Shown: positions 40,485 through 50,175, numbered from the stretch's first letter. The stretch is 64,000 nucleotides of DNA from an uncultured delta proteobacterium (GCA_963842085.1 CAWJET010000002.1:1536001-1600000); one strand, 5' to 3'. Notes: generated by a model not told the origin, from the sequence alone. Numbers and translations are program-made.

Positions 40485-41624
40485 TCAGCCTCGAAAGATA
40501 TCGAACGGTTCGATTTTCAGCACGCGGCGCACGCCGGCATAGCCCGAGACACTTGCAATTATTAGTACCAGGCAAAAGGCAAGCCCCAGGTTGGCGTAGG
40601 TAACGCGAGAGGCGTACTCGGGCAGCCGGAACTTTGCGGCACCTATCAAGAGCGTCGCCAGCCCGATTCCCAGTCCGTAACCGACCAGCGCGGTAAAACC
40701 GGCCTGGAAAAGAATCACGTAGACCAACTCACGGCCCTTGGCGCCCATAGCTTTGAGCGCGCCGAAGTGTTCGAGGTTTTCGATAATGAAGGTGTAGAAA
40801 GTCTGACCGCAGATTGAGAGGCCCACCAGAAAGCTTATCACCGTCATCAGCAATGTGTTGGTGCCGATGCCGGTCTTGTATATGAGGTAGTTCTCGATTC
40901 CGTCCTGGAACTCGGTGTTCGTTTGTGCCAGATAGCCGAGCCGCGCAACCTGCTCTGTAATGTAAGGGATGTCAGAATCAGATTTTGGTTGCACCAAGAC
41001 ATATGAGGTGGTGAAGCGCATCGATGGTATGTACTGAATCGCCCTGTTGTAGGTGGTATAGAGCGTCGGAGTGCCGAACAGTGCCCCAGTGGCGACTCTC
41101 GCGATCCCGACAATGACTCCGCGATGGTCGTTCAGTTCGAATTCCGTCCCAAGCGTTGGATTTCCGAGCTTGGGGAATTCCTCGTCCTTCACGGCGATGA
41201 ATCCGTTCTCGGCAAAGATGTCGTCGATGTTGCCCTGGATCAGTTCCGGCCGTCCGAGCAAGCTTGTGTCATCAAGTCCGATCACCGTAGCGGACTGATA
41301 CGTACCGTCGTGTAGCTTCAGCAAAGCGGAACCCACGTAAAGAGGAACCGCGTAGTCGACACCGTCGATGCTGCGGACCGCATCGAGCACGTAGTCCGGC
41401 ATCGGAATGCTGCCGAAGACGGAATTCGTTGCGGCGGGATCCATGACCCGGATCTTCGCACCGATATTGATGACCGTGGCGGATGCTTTGGTCAGAATGC
41501 CAGCGAAGGAGGACGTCATCTGGACGATGAGGAAAACCGAAAAGGTGGTCCCGACCAGCAGCGCGGTGTACTTGCCTTTGTCTTTGACCAAAAGCTTGTA
41601 TGCGAGGATCAGGAGTTCCTTCAT
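40485..41624 (-). CDS. ABC transporter permease (FtsX/DevC-like)
   Basis: FGALKAMGA, VLKIEPFDIFRG; operon context. Confidence 0.88.
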   Translation of the reverse strand: MKELLILAYKLLVKDKGKYTALLVGTTFSVFLIVQMTSSFAGILTKASATVINIGAKIRVMDPAATNSVFGSIPMPDYVLDAVRSIDGVDYAVPLYVGSALLKLHDGTYQSATVIGLDDTSLLGRPELIQGNIDDIFAENGFIAVKDEEFPKLGNPTLGTEFELNDHRGVIVGIARVATGALFGTPTLYTTYNRAIQYIPSMRFTTSYVLVQPKSDSDIPYITEQVARLGYLAQTNTEFQDGIENYLIYKTGIGTNTLLMTVISFLVGLSICGQTFYTFIIENLEHFGALKAMGAKGRELVYVILFQAGFTALVGYGLGIGLATLLIGAAKFRLPEYASRVTYANLGLAFCLVLIIASVSGYAGVRRVLKIEPFDIFRG

Positions 41625-41939
41625 CGCCGTTCTTCCTATGTTTTTTAGTTGTGCAAGAAGCATGCGAGTTTCGGCACCGTTGCACGCAGAGATTGACAGG
41701 ATCATGCGACTTGAACTGTATCCAAACGCACCAATGGAGCGTTTCTGTGATTCCTTTCGGTTTGCTTACTCGGTCGTATTGCGAGAATCCCAATTGACCA
41801 CGAGTCTCAAAGGCTTAGCAGAGGCTAGGTGCAGCTCCCCAACTGGGGCGGGCAGTCGCTGCTCGTTTCCAATTCCGTTCCGAGCGACACCTCGAAGGGG
41901 ATTCGGAACAACGTTTGAATCTCCGACCATTTGTCAACC

Positions 41940-42351
41940 TATGTGGGCCCAAAGGTCCCTCCAGCGACCTGATTGCTGCGGTCATCGAGATGAAACAGCG
42001 CAACCCGCGCTTGGGCTGCCGGAAGATTGCCGAGCAAATCTCCAGTGCATTCGGCCTCGAGGTCAACAAGGATCTGGTCCGGCGCATACTCATCCGCTAC
42101 TATCGACCCGCGCGAACTGGGTGTGCTGGGAATGGACTTGATCTCGTCGATCTCAAGGACCCGAAGGTTCGCCAGCCAGCGCTGAAAAACCGACATCGCT
42201 GCCACACAGGATTGGCCGGAATCACGCCGGCTCAGCGCAGCGGCCATGCTGCCCATTCTATGGCAAACCTTGCCTCATACCGCTGGCGAAAACACTGCAA
42301 CGGCCTCTTTCAGACTCCGGCCGCCGCTTGAGTTGTATTTCGCCACGGACA
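41940..42351 (+). mobile_element. internally deleted and rearranged copy of the integrase-core element
   Basis: GPKGPSSDLIAAV...RRILIRYYRP, an inverted WLANLRVLEIDEIK block, HRCHTGLAG...GLFQTPAAA*, end TTCGCCACGGACA. Confidence 0.8.
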
Positions 42352-42414
42352 GCCGGCCGATTGCAAATTGGCCGGCCTCGTCGTAACTGAAAGCCGGAGT
42401 TTGGAAAATTCAGT

Positions 42415-42810
42415 ATGGAAGAAAAAACTTTCGTTGCTCTTCTGCTCGGCGTTGCCATACTCAACTTCAGTTCGATCGCGCGCTGCCAGCAGACCGGAAA
42501 ACACGACTACCAAACGCTCTGCGCTGCCTGTCACGGATTAACCGGGACCGGACAAGGACGCGACCTGGTCGAGGCGAATCCGCCCGATCTCACACAGCTC
42601 AGCCGAAACAATGGCGGGAAGTTTCCGTTCGATGCGGTCTACCGGACGATCGATGGCCGCGACATGAAGGGATCGCACAAGCGCTTAGCGATGCCGTTCT
42701 GGGGCGAGTATCTCCAGAAGGAGGGCGGGTCCACCCGTCAGAACGACGCCGCGGTGAAACAGCGAATCACAGACATCGTTCGTTATGTGGAAACATTGCA
42801 GAAGAAGTAG
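42415..42810 (+). CDS. monoheme cytochrome c (paralogue of 36761-37213)
   Basis: CAACH, PPDLTQLSRNNGGKFPF, MPFWG. Confidence 0.88.
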   Translation: MEEKTFVALLLGVAILNFSSIARCQQTGKHDYQTLCAACHGLTGTGQGRDLVEANPPDLTQLSRNNGGKFPFDAVYRTIDGRDMKGSHKRLAMPFWGEYLQKEGGSTRQNDAAVKQRITDIVRYVETLQKK

Positions 42811-43001
42811 CTCCGTATGCCGACTATGAAACGATCGACGCGATCGAGGGAGAGCCTACACTATTAGGACGCATCGACGGACGGTCTCCTTACACCAACG
42901 TGTATCGGCTGACCGACGGTTCGTTCTATCTCGTTGCTTCTGGTTAGGAGAAAGACGAAAAGACTGGCTTCCAGGTAGCCAGCATCGCGGGTTTCTCTGC
43001 A

Positions 43002-43017
43002 AGGTATAGATGATGCA
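43002..43017 (+). promoter_or_regulatory. sigma-54 promoter candidate
   Basis: AGGTATAGATGATGCA (GG-N10-GC). Confidence 0.45.
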
Positions 43018-43124
43018 TCCAACTCTGGCAGAGGCCGAACATGAACAACGCGCGTCGCGAACGAGGTCTGTGACGATTGGTCACATCGAGCGATGTAAGC
43101 AGGCGCCCAAGGAAGGAACACAAT

Positions 43125-43682
43125 ATGCAGCGTCCACTCACGATCACGGCACGCGATTTTGTCCTGACTGAACCGATGGAGCAGCAAATTCGCGAAAAAG
43201 TCGCCGACCTCGGGTCGTACTACGACCGCATTACCGGCTGCGAGGTCGTGGTGGAAGGCGCCGTTCGGCACCATCACCGCGGCGGTCCTTTCCGCGTTCG
43301 CATCCGCCTCACGCTTCCGCGCGGTGAGTTGGAGGTTAATCGCCACTCCGCCGAAGATCTGGCAGTCGCGATTCGCGACGCATTCGACGCCGCACGCAGG
43401 CGTCTCGAAGATCACGTGCGCGAGCTTCGCCGACAGGTCAAAGCACATGAGGAGGCCGCCCATGGCCAGGTAAAGAAGCTCGATGCGAAGGAGGGATTCG
43501 GCTTTCTCGAGACGCCGGACGGCGACGAGATCTATTTCCATCGTAACAGCGTGCTTCCACCCGGCTTCGAAAGTCTGAAAATCGGAACCGAAGTCCGATT
43601 TGTACCGGAGATGGGTGAGCACGGCCCTCAGGCCAGCAGTCTGTCGATCATTCGACCGCGTCATAAGCGCAAGGCGTCGTGA
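43125..43682 (+). CDS. HPF/RaiA ribosome-hibernation factor fused to a cold-shock domain
   Basis: MQRPLTITAR...EDLAVAIRDAFDAARRRL; GFGFLET.DGDEIYFHRNSV...GPQASS. Confidence 0.9.
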   Translation: MQRPLTITARDFVLTEPMEQQIREKVADLGSYYDRITGCEVVVEGAVRHHHRGGPFRVRIRLTLPRGELEVNRHSAEDLAVAIRDAFDAARRRLEDHVRELRRQVKAHEEAAHGQVKKLDAKEGFGFLETPDGDEIYFHRNSVLPPGFESLKIGTEVRFVPEMGEHGPQASSLSIIRPRHKRKAS

Positions 43683-44380
43683 GCCTTAGGCGCGAGGTAT
43701 CACCGGGAAAACTGGTCGAAACCGTTGGCGGCCGCTTCTCAGCCAAGCTCGGAATCGATTTACAATCGCGTGACTCAAGCGAGCTCTTCAAATGGTTCCT
43801 CGCAGCGATGCTTTTCGGTGCGCGCATTTCCGAGACTCTTGCAGCTCGTACTTATGGCGAGTTTGCGAAGCGCCGGCTGCTAGAACCCAAAAGCATCACG
43901 CGGTGCGGTTGGAATGGCTTGGTTGAGGTGCTTGATGCGGGTGGCTATGCCCGTTACGACTTCAAAACCGCTAGCAAGCTGCTGGAAGTGAGTAAGAGCC
44001 TGACGGATCGTTATGCCGGCGACCTCAATCGGCTTCACGAAGCAGCGCTCGATGCTCACGACCTCGAAGACCGGCTGAAGAAGCTCGGCAAAGGCGTTGG
44101 CGATACGACGGTGGGAATATTCCTCAGGGAGCTGCGAGGCATTTGGGAGAAGGCAGATCCCGTTCCGTCGGAGCTTGTGATTGATGCAGCAACCTGCCTG
44201 CGCCTTATTCCACGAAGTCTGAAGAATCGACGCGCAATTCTCAATCTCCTCAAGAAAAAGTGGAGGATCGAGAGCAACCGGTCAAAAGACTTCGCAGATT
44301 TTGAGGCGGGGCTAGTTCGCTATGGCCTTGCGCTGCGTAGATCCAGACGGTCATCGAACAAGCTAGATTTCGGTAATTAA
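43679..44380 (+). CDS. endonuclease III-like HhH protein
   Basis: LFKWFLAAMLFGARI, GGYARYDFKTA, KGVGDTTVGIFLRE. Confidence 0.7.
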   Translation: MSLRREVSPGKLVETVGGRFSAKLGIDLQSRDSSELFKWFLAAMLFGARISETLAARTYGEFAKRRLLEPKSITRCGWNGLVEVLDAGGYARYDFKTASKLLEVSKSLTDRYAGDLNRLHEAALDAHDLEDRLKKLGKGVGDTTVGIFLRELRGIWEKADPVPSELVIDAATCLRLIPRSLKNRRAILNLLKKKWRIESNRSKDFADFEAGLVRYGLALRRSRRSSNKLDFGN

Positions 44381-44763
44381 ATCAGTTCGATGTTTGCGTA
44401 AAGTCCGAGCCCGGCAAGGGTCGGGTTATCAGAACGCCCAGCGGCTTCAGCGCCCAAGAATAGACGAGGCCGGCGGGCGCGACTCCAAACGCCACAACGT
44501 CCGACAAACTGTCTAATTCTGCGCCGAACGGGGCGGTCGAGCGTGATACGCGCGTGACCAGACCGTCGAGAACGTCACAGATCCAGGCAGACGTCGATCA
44601 ATGCCGCGGAACGCTCGAAGTGGCTGTCGAAGGCCGAAACCAGTGACAGGCATCCGAGAAGGAGGCCGACCAAGGTGACTGCATCAGGTAGCCAATCGAT
44701 ACGGAGGTGGCGATGGACCCCGCCGTTCTCGGAGGTCGAGGGTGTCTCCGCACCGGTGGGCAT
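44381..44763 (-). pseudogene. pssA: CDP-alcohol phosphatidyltransferase (PssA-like), frameshifted and truncated
   Basis: LPDAVTL; DVLDGLV..FGAELDSLSDVVAFGVAPA. Confidence 0.7.
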
Positions 44764-44768
44764 AGCGA

Positions 44769-45716
44769 TCATCGATGGCTGATGAACTCGTCGAGCGACT
44801 CTCCGACGTTGAGCCGCGAGACCACCTCGGCCAGCATCGGCGCTAGTGAGACCACTTGAGTTGGCACTGCCGGGTTGAGAGCCTGGACCACGCTGTCAGT
44901 CACAATTAAGCGCCTTAACTTCAGCGCCGCGAGCCGATCGTTGGCCGGACCTACTTGCAGGGCGTGGGTAGCAACAACAGTAATCTCTGGCGTGCATCCG
45001 GCAGCCGTTAGCGCGTGCGCAGCAGCCTCGATCGTAGCTCCAGTGCTGATCATATCGTCGATGATCATCGGTCGTTTGCCACGGACGTCGCCCACGACTT
45101 CGCGAACTTTCACGGCGGTTCCGCTCAGCCGAATTTTGTGAATGATTGCCATGGATAGGTGCAAAAGCTCCGCATAACGTTCCCCGAGTTTCACCGCGCC
45201 GAGGTCGGGCGCGACGATTACATGCTGCGGACCGACGAAGTCGCGCGCCGCATTCGCCAAGAGTCCCACCGCGCTTAGATGCTCGAGCGGGATAGCGAAG
45301 AATCCCTCGAGCGCACTGCTGTGGAGGTCCACGGCGACGATACGATCGACGCCGGCACGCGCTATCAAATCGGCAACGAGGCGCGCGCCAACGGCGTCAC
45401 GCCCCGACGCCCGGCGATCCTGCCGTGCATAGCCGAAGTATGGCATGATCGCCGTCAAGGTTCTGGCGCCGGCCCGACGGCATGCGTCACCCAGGAAGAA
45501 CAGTTCTATCAGGTGCTGATCAACCGGCGGGCTGGTAGGCTGCACGATAAAGACGTTGGCGTCTCTTACGGTTTCTTCGATCTCGACATGCAGCTCGCTG
45601 TCGGGGAACCGGGTCAAGCTCCTCCGACCGAGTCGCACAGCGAGGTTTTCGGCAATCGCCTCAGCCAGCGTGGGGTTCGCGGATCCGGTAAAGACGATCA
45701 GGTTCGGCGGGGGCAT
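44769..45716 (-). CDS. prs: ribose-phosphate pyrophosphokinase
   Basis: RFPDSE, PYFGYARQDR, DLHS, APDLGA, IIDDMISTGAT. Confidence 0.92.
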   Translation of the reverse strand: MPPPNLIVFTGSANPTLAEAIAENLAVRLGRRSLTRFPDSELHVEIEETVRDANVFIVQPTSPPVDQHLIELFFLGDACRRAGARTLTAIMPYFGYARQDRRASGRDAVGARLVADLIARAGVDRIVAVDLHSSALEGFFAIPLEHLSAVGLLANAARDFVGPQHVIVAPDLGAVKLGERYAELLHLSMAIIHKIRLSGTAVKVREVVGDVRGKRPMIIDDMISTGATIEAAAHALTAAGCTPEITVVATHALQVGPANDRLAALKLRRLIVTDSVVQALNPAVPTQVVSLAPMLAEVVSRLNVGESLDEFISHR

Positions 45717-45783
45717 CGGCTTCGCTCGTTGTTGTTCAGGGGGCGGCTGCTCGCGATTGCGACAAAAGCTGCTTTTCATGTTT

Positions 45784-45799
45784 AGCAGGGAGCGTGCCA
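45784..45799 (-). promoter_or_regulatory. sigma-54 promoter of prs
   Basis: minus strand TGGCACGCTCCCTGCT. Confidence 0.65.
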
Positions 45800-45962
45800 A
45801 GCTTTTCAGACCCGCCAGCGATTCGGTGGATATGGACGGACCCGAGCAGGGTCTTCGATGGATACGTCGTTCGTGTTTCCGGCAGAGCCAACTCACGGAA
45901 GGCCAACTGATTGGCTCGTTGTCAAATACGGCAAAGGTCCGTCTCCGCTACCGATCCTTTAG

Positions 45963-46081
45963 CAGGTTGCGGAAAAAGGGTTTTTGACTCCTGATGACAT
46001 TGATCCAAGACGCATTCTCGTGATCGTAGTAATGCTTACTCTTCGCCGAAATCGTCTTTCATTGAGTTTTTCCGCAGCCTG
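45963..46081. mobile_element. 119-bp IS5-type MITE, copy 2
   Basis: identical to 37509-37627 except one TIR base; TTAG duplicated. Confidence 0.93.
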
Positions 46082-46086
46082 TTAGG

Positions 46087-46102
46087 TGGCACGTTTGGTG
46101 CT
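46087..46102 (+). promoter_or_regulatory. sigma-54 promoter of the pncB-nrdJ unit
   Basis: TGGCACGTTTGGTGCT. Confidence 0.65.
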
Positions 46103-46126
46103 CACGTAGGCGCTGGAGGGAAAACA

Positions 46127-46300
46127 ATGAAGACATACCAGCGAGAAGCCTTGTTGGGGATTCCGGTCGGGCTGCTGCTGGCGCTGGCGTTATTCTCCTC
46201 ATCTCTGGCTCAAACATCGGTTGAAGTGAAATATGTTAAGGCTCGATCCGATTTTCGCGGCGCATTCAATAGGTGCTGTCGAAGGAAGCGATGCGCGTAG
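46127..46300 (+). CDS. small signal-peptide ORF (57 aa), possibly a truncated secreted protein
   Basis: GGAGGG RBS; MKTYQREALLGIPVGLLLALALFSSSLAQT; stop overlaps the pncB start. Confidence 0.45.
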   Translation: MKTYQREALLGIPVGLLLALALFSSSLAQTSVEVKYVKARSDFRGAFNRCCRRKRCA

Positions 46301-47694
46301 ATCTGAGATTCGATCCGAACGAAGTGCCGCTGATCACGGATCTGTATGAACTCACGATGGCAGCGAGCTACTTCGAACTCGGATTCAACGACCTGGCATG
46401 CTTCGGCATGAGCGCTCGCCGGTTACCTGCGCGTCGGGGGTTCCTGGTAGCAGCGGGTCTTGAGCGTTTGCTCGAAGCAATAGAGCAGTTTCAATTCGAG
46501 CCACCGATAATCGACTATCTTGATTCTCTCCAACTCTTCACCGCTGATTTCTTGCATTTTCTCGGGAAACTGCGGTTCAGGGGCGAGATTCATGCGTTGC
46601 CTGAGGGAACCATCTTCTTCGGCCAGGAGCCGATCGTCGAAATTCATGCTCCGCTGATCGAAGCGCAGTTGCTCGAGACTCTGGTAATCAATCAAGTGGG
46701 TATGGCGTCGCTGATTGCGAGCAAGGCCGCTCGTTGCCGAATTGCCGCGCAGGAAAAACGACTCGTGGATTTCGGGCTGAGACGCAGCCAGGGAGTCGAC
46801 GCTGGTCTTATCGCCGCGCGTTCAAGCTATCTGGCAGGATTCGATGGCACTTCGAATGTGCTCGCGGGCCGTCGGTATGGAATTCCGCTATCCGGCACCA
46901 TGGCTCACAGTTACATCATGGCCCACGATCGCGAGCGCGAAGCCTTCGAGCATTTCGTGCAGCACTTTCCAAAACTCAGCACACTATTGGTGGATACCTA
47001 CGATACTGTTCGTGGCGTCGAGAATGCGGCTCGCGTGGCGCGACAGATGAAAGGGCGCGGCCTGAATCTGCAGGGAGTTCGCCTTGATAGTGGCGATCTT
47101 GCCGACTTGAGCTTCAAGTCACGGCGAATCTTGGATGAGAACGGTCTCAACGAAACTTCGATCTTCGCCAGTGGAAATCTCAACGAATACAAGATCGCAG
47201 AGCTCGTGAAGGTGAGCGCTCCGATCGATACCTTCGGGGTAGGCACAGACATGGTCGTGAGCGCCGATGCGCCTGCGCTCGACGTCGCGTACAAGCTAAA
47301 TGAATATGCAGGAAAGCCGCGGCTCAAGACCTCGCAGGGCAAGTTGACACTGCCCGGCCGCAAGCAGGTGTTTCGTGCGATCGGTGAGGAGGGCGCTTTA
47401 GCGGGCGATATAATCGGTCTTGCGAACGAGAACCCGAAGGCTATTGCGAGGGAGTTCGCCTCCAGTCCTTCAAATGTGGCTTCGCTACTCAAGATTCATC
47501 TCAAAGAAGGGCACCGGATGGCGCCCCGGCCTACTCTTTGCGAGTCGCGGGAGCACTTTCTTCAGGCGCTCTCAAAACTGGAGCAGCGCTACAAGGACCT
47601 CGACGAGCCTGACGTCTACCCGGTCGCGTTCAGTCACGCCCTTGACGAAATGCTGTTGAACGAGAAGCGGCGCGCCGAACAAATCCAGGACTAG
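46291..47694 (+). CDS. pncB: nicotinate phosphoribosyltransferase
   Basis: TDLYELTM, DFGLRR, GTMAHS, LVDTYD, GVRLDSGD, FGVGT. Confidence 0.92.
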   Translation: MRVDLRFDPNEVPLITDLYELTMAASYFELGFNDLACFGMSARRLPARRGFLVAAGLERLLEAIEQFQFEPPIIDYLDSLQLFTADFLHFLGKLRFRGEIHALPEGTIFFGQEPIVEIHAPLIEAQLLETLVINQVGMASLIASKAARCRIAAQEKRLVDFGLRRSQGVDAGLIAARSSYLAGFDGTSNVLAGRRYGIPLSGTMAHSYIMAHDREREAFEHFVQHFPKLSTLLVDTYDTVRGVENAARVARQMKGRGLNLQGVRLDSGDLADLSFKSRRILDENGLNETSIFASGNLNEYKIAELVKVSAPIDTFGVGTDMVVSADAPALDVAYKLNEYAGKPRLKTSQGKLTLPGRKQVFRAIGEEGALAGDIIGLANENPKAIAREFASSPSNVASLLKIHLKEGHRMAPRPTLCESREHFLQALSKLEQRYKDLDEPDVYPVAFSHALDEMLLNEKRRAEQIQD

Positions 47695-47695
47695 A

Positions 47696-49432
47696 TTGGA
47701 CACCGCATTCTCAGAGACCGCTATGGCGGTGCTCGACGCGCGCTATCTCAGACGCGACGAAAGCGGCCGCCGAATCGAAGACCCATCGGAGATGTGGAGC
47801 AGGGTCGCAAGAGCGATCGCACAGCCGTGCGCGAAGTTCGGCGAAGATCCGGAATTCTGGCAGGAGCGGTTTCTCCACCGGCTCAAGCGGCTCGAGTTCC
47901 TGCCCAATTCGCCGACGCTTATGAATGCCGGGCTCCCGAACGGCCAGCTGGCGGCGTGCTTTGTGCTGCCCATCGAAGATGATCTGGATTCGATTTTTCA
48001 GACGCTCGGGTTGGCAGCGAAAATACAACGGAGCGGAGGCGGCACTGGCTTTTCCTTCAGCAAACTCAGACCACGAGGCGATGTGGTGCGATCGACCGGT
48101 GGAATCAGTTCAGGAGCGGTATCGTTTATGGAACTGTTTGACCGCTCCACCGCGCTTATCCGGGCGGGCGGGCGACGTAGAGGCGCCAATATGGCCGTCC
48201 TTCGCGTCGACCACCCTGATATCAGTGAGTTTGTCAGCGCCAAGAGTGTTTCGGGCAAACTCGAGAACTTCAACTTGTCGGTGGGGATGACCGATGAGTT
48301 CTTCTCCTGTCTTCATTCTGGCAAACCGTTGCCGCTCCGGGATCCCCGGAGCGGCGATGTCAAGCGCACATTGTCGGCCGCCGATCTGCTGCAGCAGATC
48401 GTCGAATCAGCCTGGGCTGGCGGCGACCCGGGCTTGGTGTTCCTGGATGAGATGAATCGCGCCAACCCGGTACCGTCGCTGGGGCGGATAGAGGCCACCA
48501 ATCCGTGCGGAGAGCAGCCGCTCCTTCCATATGAATCGTGCACGCTGGGGTCGCTCAACCTCGGCAAATTTGTGTCAGCCAGACAGCTCGACCGGAGCGC
48601 GCTGGCCGACGCGATACGAGACGCCGTGGTGTTTCTCGACAATGTGATCGAGACGAACAGCTATCCGGTGAACGCTATTCGGCAAACAACACTCGATACG
48701 CGCAAGCTCGGACTTGGGGTAATGGGTCTGGCTGACCTTCTGGCTGAAATCGGAGTGCCTTACGACTCCGAACAAGCAGTGCAGCTTGGCGGCGATATCG
48801 CGAAGTTCATCACCAAAACCGCCAGGAAAATCTCCACCGAACTTGGGCGAACGCGCGGTTCGTTTCCGGCATTTGGCGCGAGCGTTTGGCGTGAGCGTGG
48901 CTTCGACGCTATGCGCAATGCGACGGTGACGTGCGTGGCTCCAACCGGAACGATCGGAGTCATCGCGGGTGCTTCGGGAGGTATCGAGCCATTTTTTGCG
49001 CTCGCGGCAAGGCGGCGAGTGCTCGAGGGGCGGACGTTCATTGAGCTCAATAGATTCCTTGAGAGAAAATTGAAACAGTGTGGACCTGCCGGCGAGGCAG
49101 CCCTTGCACTGGCGCGCGAAACCGGCTCGATCCGCGAAGCGGTTGGTCTCCCTGAAGAACTTAGGCGGAGTTTTCCGATCGCGCTGGAAATCACGCCGGA
49201 ATTTCATCTGCGGATGCAATCGGCCTTTCAACAACACGTCGATGCCGCCGTCTCAAAGACAGTCAACCTTCCCACCGATTCCTCACCCGATATGGTCCGC
49301 GAGGTGTTTCTTCGAGCGCACGACCTCCGGCTCAAGGGAGTTACTGTCTATCGCTACGGATCGCGCTCGGGGCAAACTCTGAGCCTCGTGGACGAGGGGG
49401 CGTCCTCCGACTGTCGGGAGTGCTCGGTCTAG
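47696..49432 (+). CDS. nrdJ: class II (adenosylcobalamin) ribonucleotide reductase, NrdZ-like
   Basis: PNSPTLMNAG, ACFV, TNPCGEQPL, CTLGS, APTGT, KGVTVYR (no class I YY), terminal CxxC; no nrdB nearby. Confidence 0.88.
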   Translation: MDTAFSETAMAVLDARYLRRDESGRRIEDPSEMWSRVARAIAQPCAKFGEDPEFWQERFLHRLKRLEFLPNSPTLMNAGLPNGQLAACFVLPIEDDLDSIFQTLGLAAKIQRSGGGTGFSFSKLRPRGDVVRSTGGISSGAVSFMELFDRSTALIRAGGRRRGANMAVLRVDHPDISEFVSAKSVSGKLENFNLSVGMTDEFFSCLHSGKPLPLRDPRSGDVKRTLSAADLLQQIVESAWAGGDPGLVFLDEMNRANPVPSLGRIEATNPCGEQPLLPYESCTLGSLNLGKFVSARQLDRSALADAIRDAVVFLDNVIETNSYPVNAIRQTTLDTRKLGLGVMGLADLLAEIGVPYDSEQAVQLGGDIAKFITKTARKISTELGRTRGSFPAFGASVWRERGFDAMRNATVTCVAPTGTIGVIAGASGGIEPFFALAARRRVLEGRTFIELNRFLERKLKQCGPAGEAALALARETGSIREAVGLPEELRRSFPIALEITPEFHLRMQSAFQQHVDAAVSKTVNLPTDSSPDMVREVFLRAHDLRLKGVTVYRYGSRSGQTLSLVDEGASSDCRECSV

Positions 49433-49827
49433 ATTAGACCGAGCATCGCGGCTCCCTCCACAAGTATTGTGCAGGTTCTCGGCGTGAAACTTCCAGCCTA
49501 CAGTCCAAATTCATCTCCAGGCAGGCCCGGAAAAATACTGCCACAAGCACTGTTCTATTATCCCACCCGCTGGCAGCGGCATGGAAACTCATGGCTCGAG
49601 CGGATCGAATCTCATAACAATGCGCACCAAGGGAACTGTGACTAAAGGCACCAGACCAATGATTTGAGATGGCGCATAAGGAAACACCATGAATATTGCG
49701 CGACTCGAAGAAATTGGCTGGCATACGGTTCGTCAGAAACCCCCGGGGGTAGCCAATAGCAAAGCACGTGCGAGCGATCAGCGGGCTTTCGTGGATGGGA
49801 GCTACCATCGGTCCCCACCGTCTTCCA

Positions 49828-49843
49828 GGGCATGGATGATGCA
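49828..49843 (+). promoter_or_regulatory. sigma-54 promoter candidate
   Basis: GGGCATGGATGATGCA, 20 nt before ATG 49864. Confidence 0.55.
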
Positions 49844-49863
49844 TCTCGTATCGCGGGGCAAAT

Positions 49864-50175
49864 ATGAACAACAGCAGCACAGATCTCGACCCGATCGGAG
49901 CGTATGGCGATCTACTCGGGCAACAGTATTACGACATGGTCGGGTCACGCCGAACGCCTAATGGGCCGCGGACGCTGATGTTTGCCGTTTTGGAAGATGG
50001 CGTCCGCTGTTACCTGACAAACAAGAACGTCGTGCGAAGCTGCTTCCGCAGTCCTTCGGCGTCTATGTCCAACGTGTTACAGAGCGTCTCGAACGCGAAC
50101 GGCCCAACGGCCTTGCGGTCTTCGATTCATGTCTTGGCTTCTTCAAATCTCTGGCGCAGCCTGGGACGGCGGAAT
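49864..50175 (+). pseudogene. small hypothetical gene broken by an internal inversion
   Basis: plus strand RTLMFAVLEDGVRCY; the expected second half FEEAKT*IED...PFAFETLCNTLDIDAEGLRKQL lies on the minus strand at ~50025-50170. Confidence 0.6.

Noticed and set aside
41652-41672. Sigma-54-like TCGCATGCTTCTTGCA upstream of the ABC permease (similar at ~49758-49773)
   Set aside because: The invariant -24 GG is replaced by CG
47696-49432. Phage origin suggested by RNR + Prs + PncB
   Set aside because: No structural, terminase or integrase genes; the neighbours are stress/dormancy families
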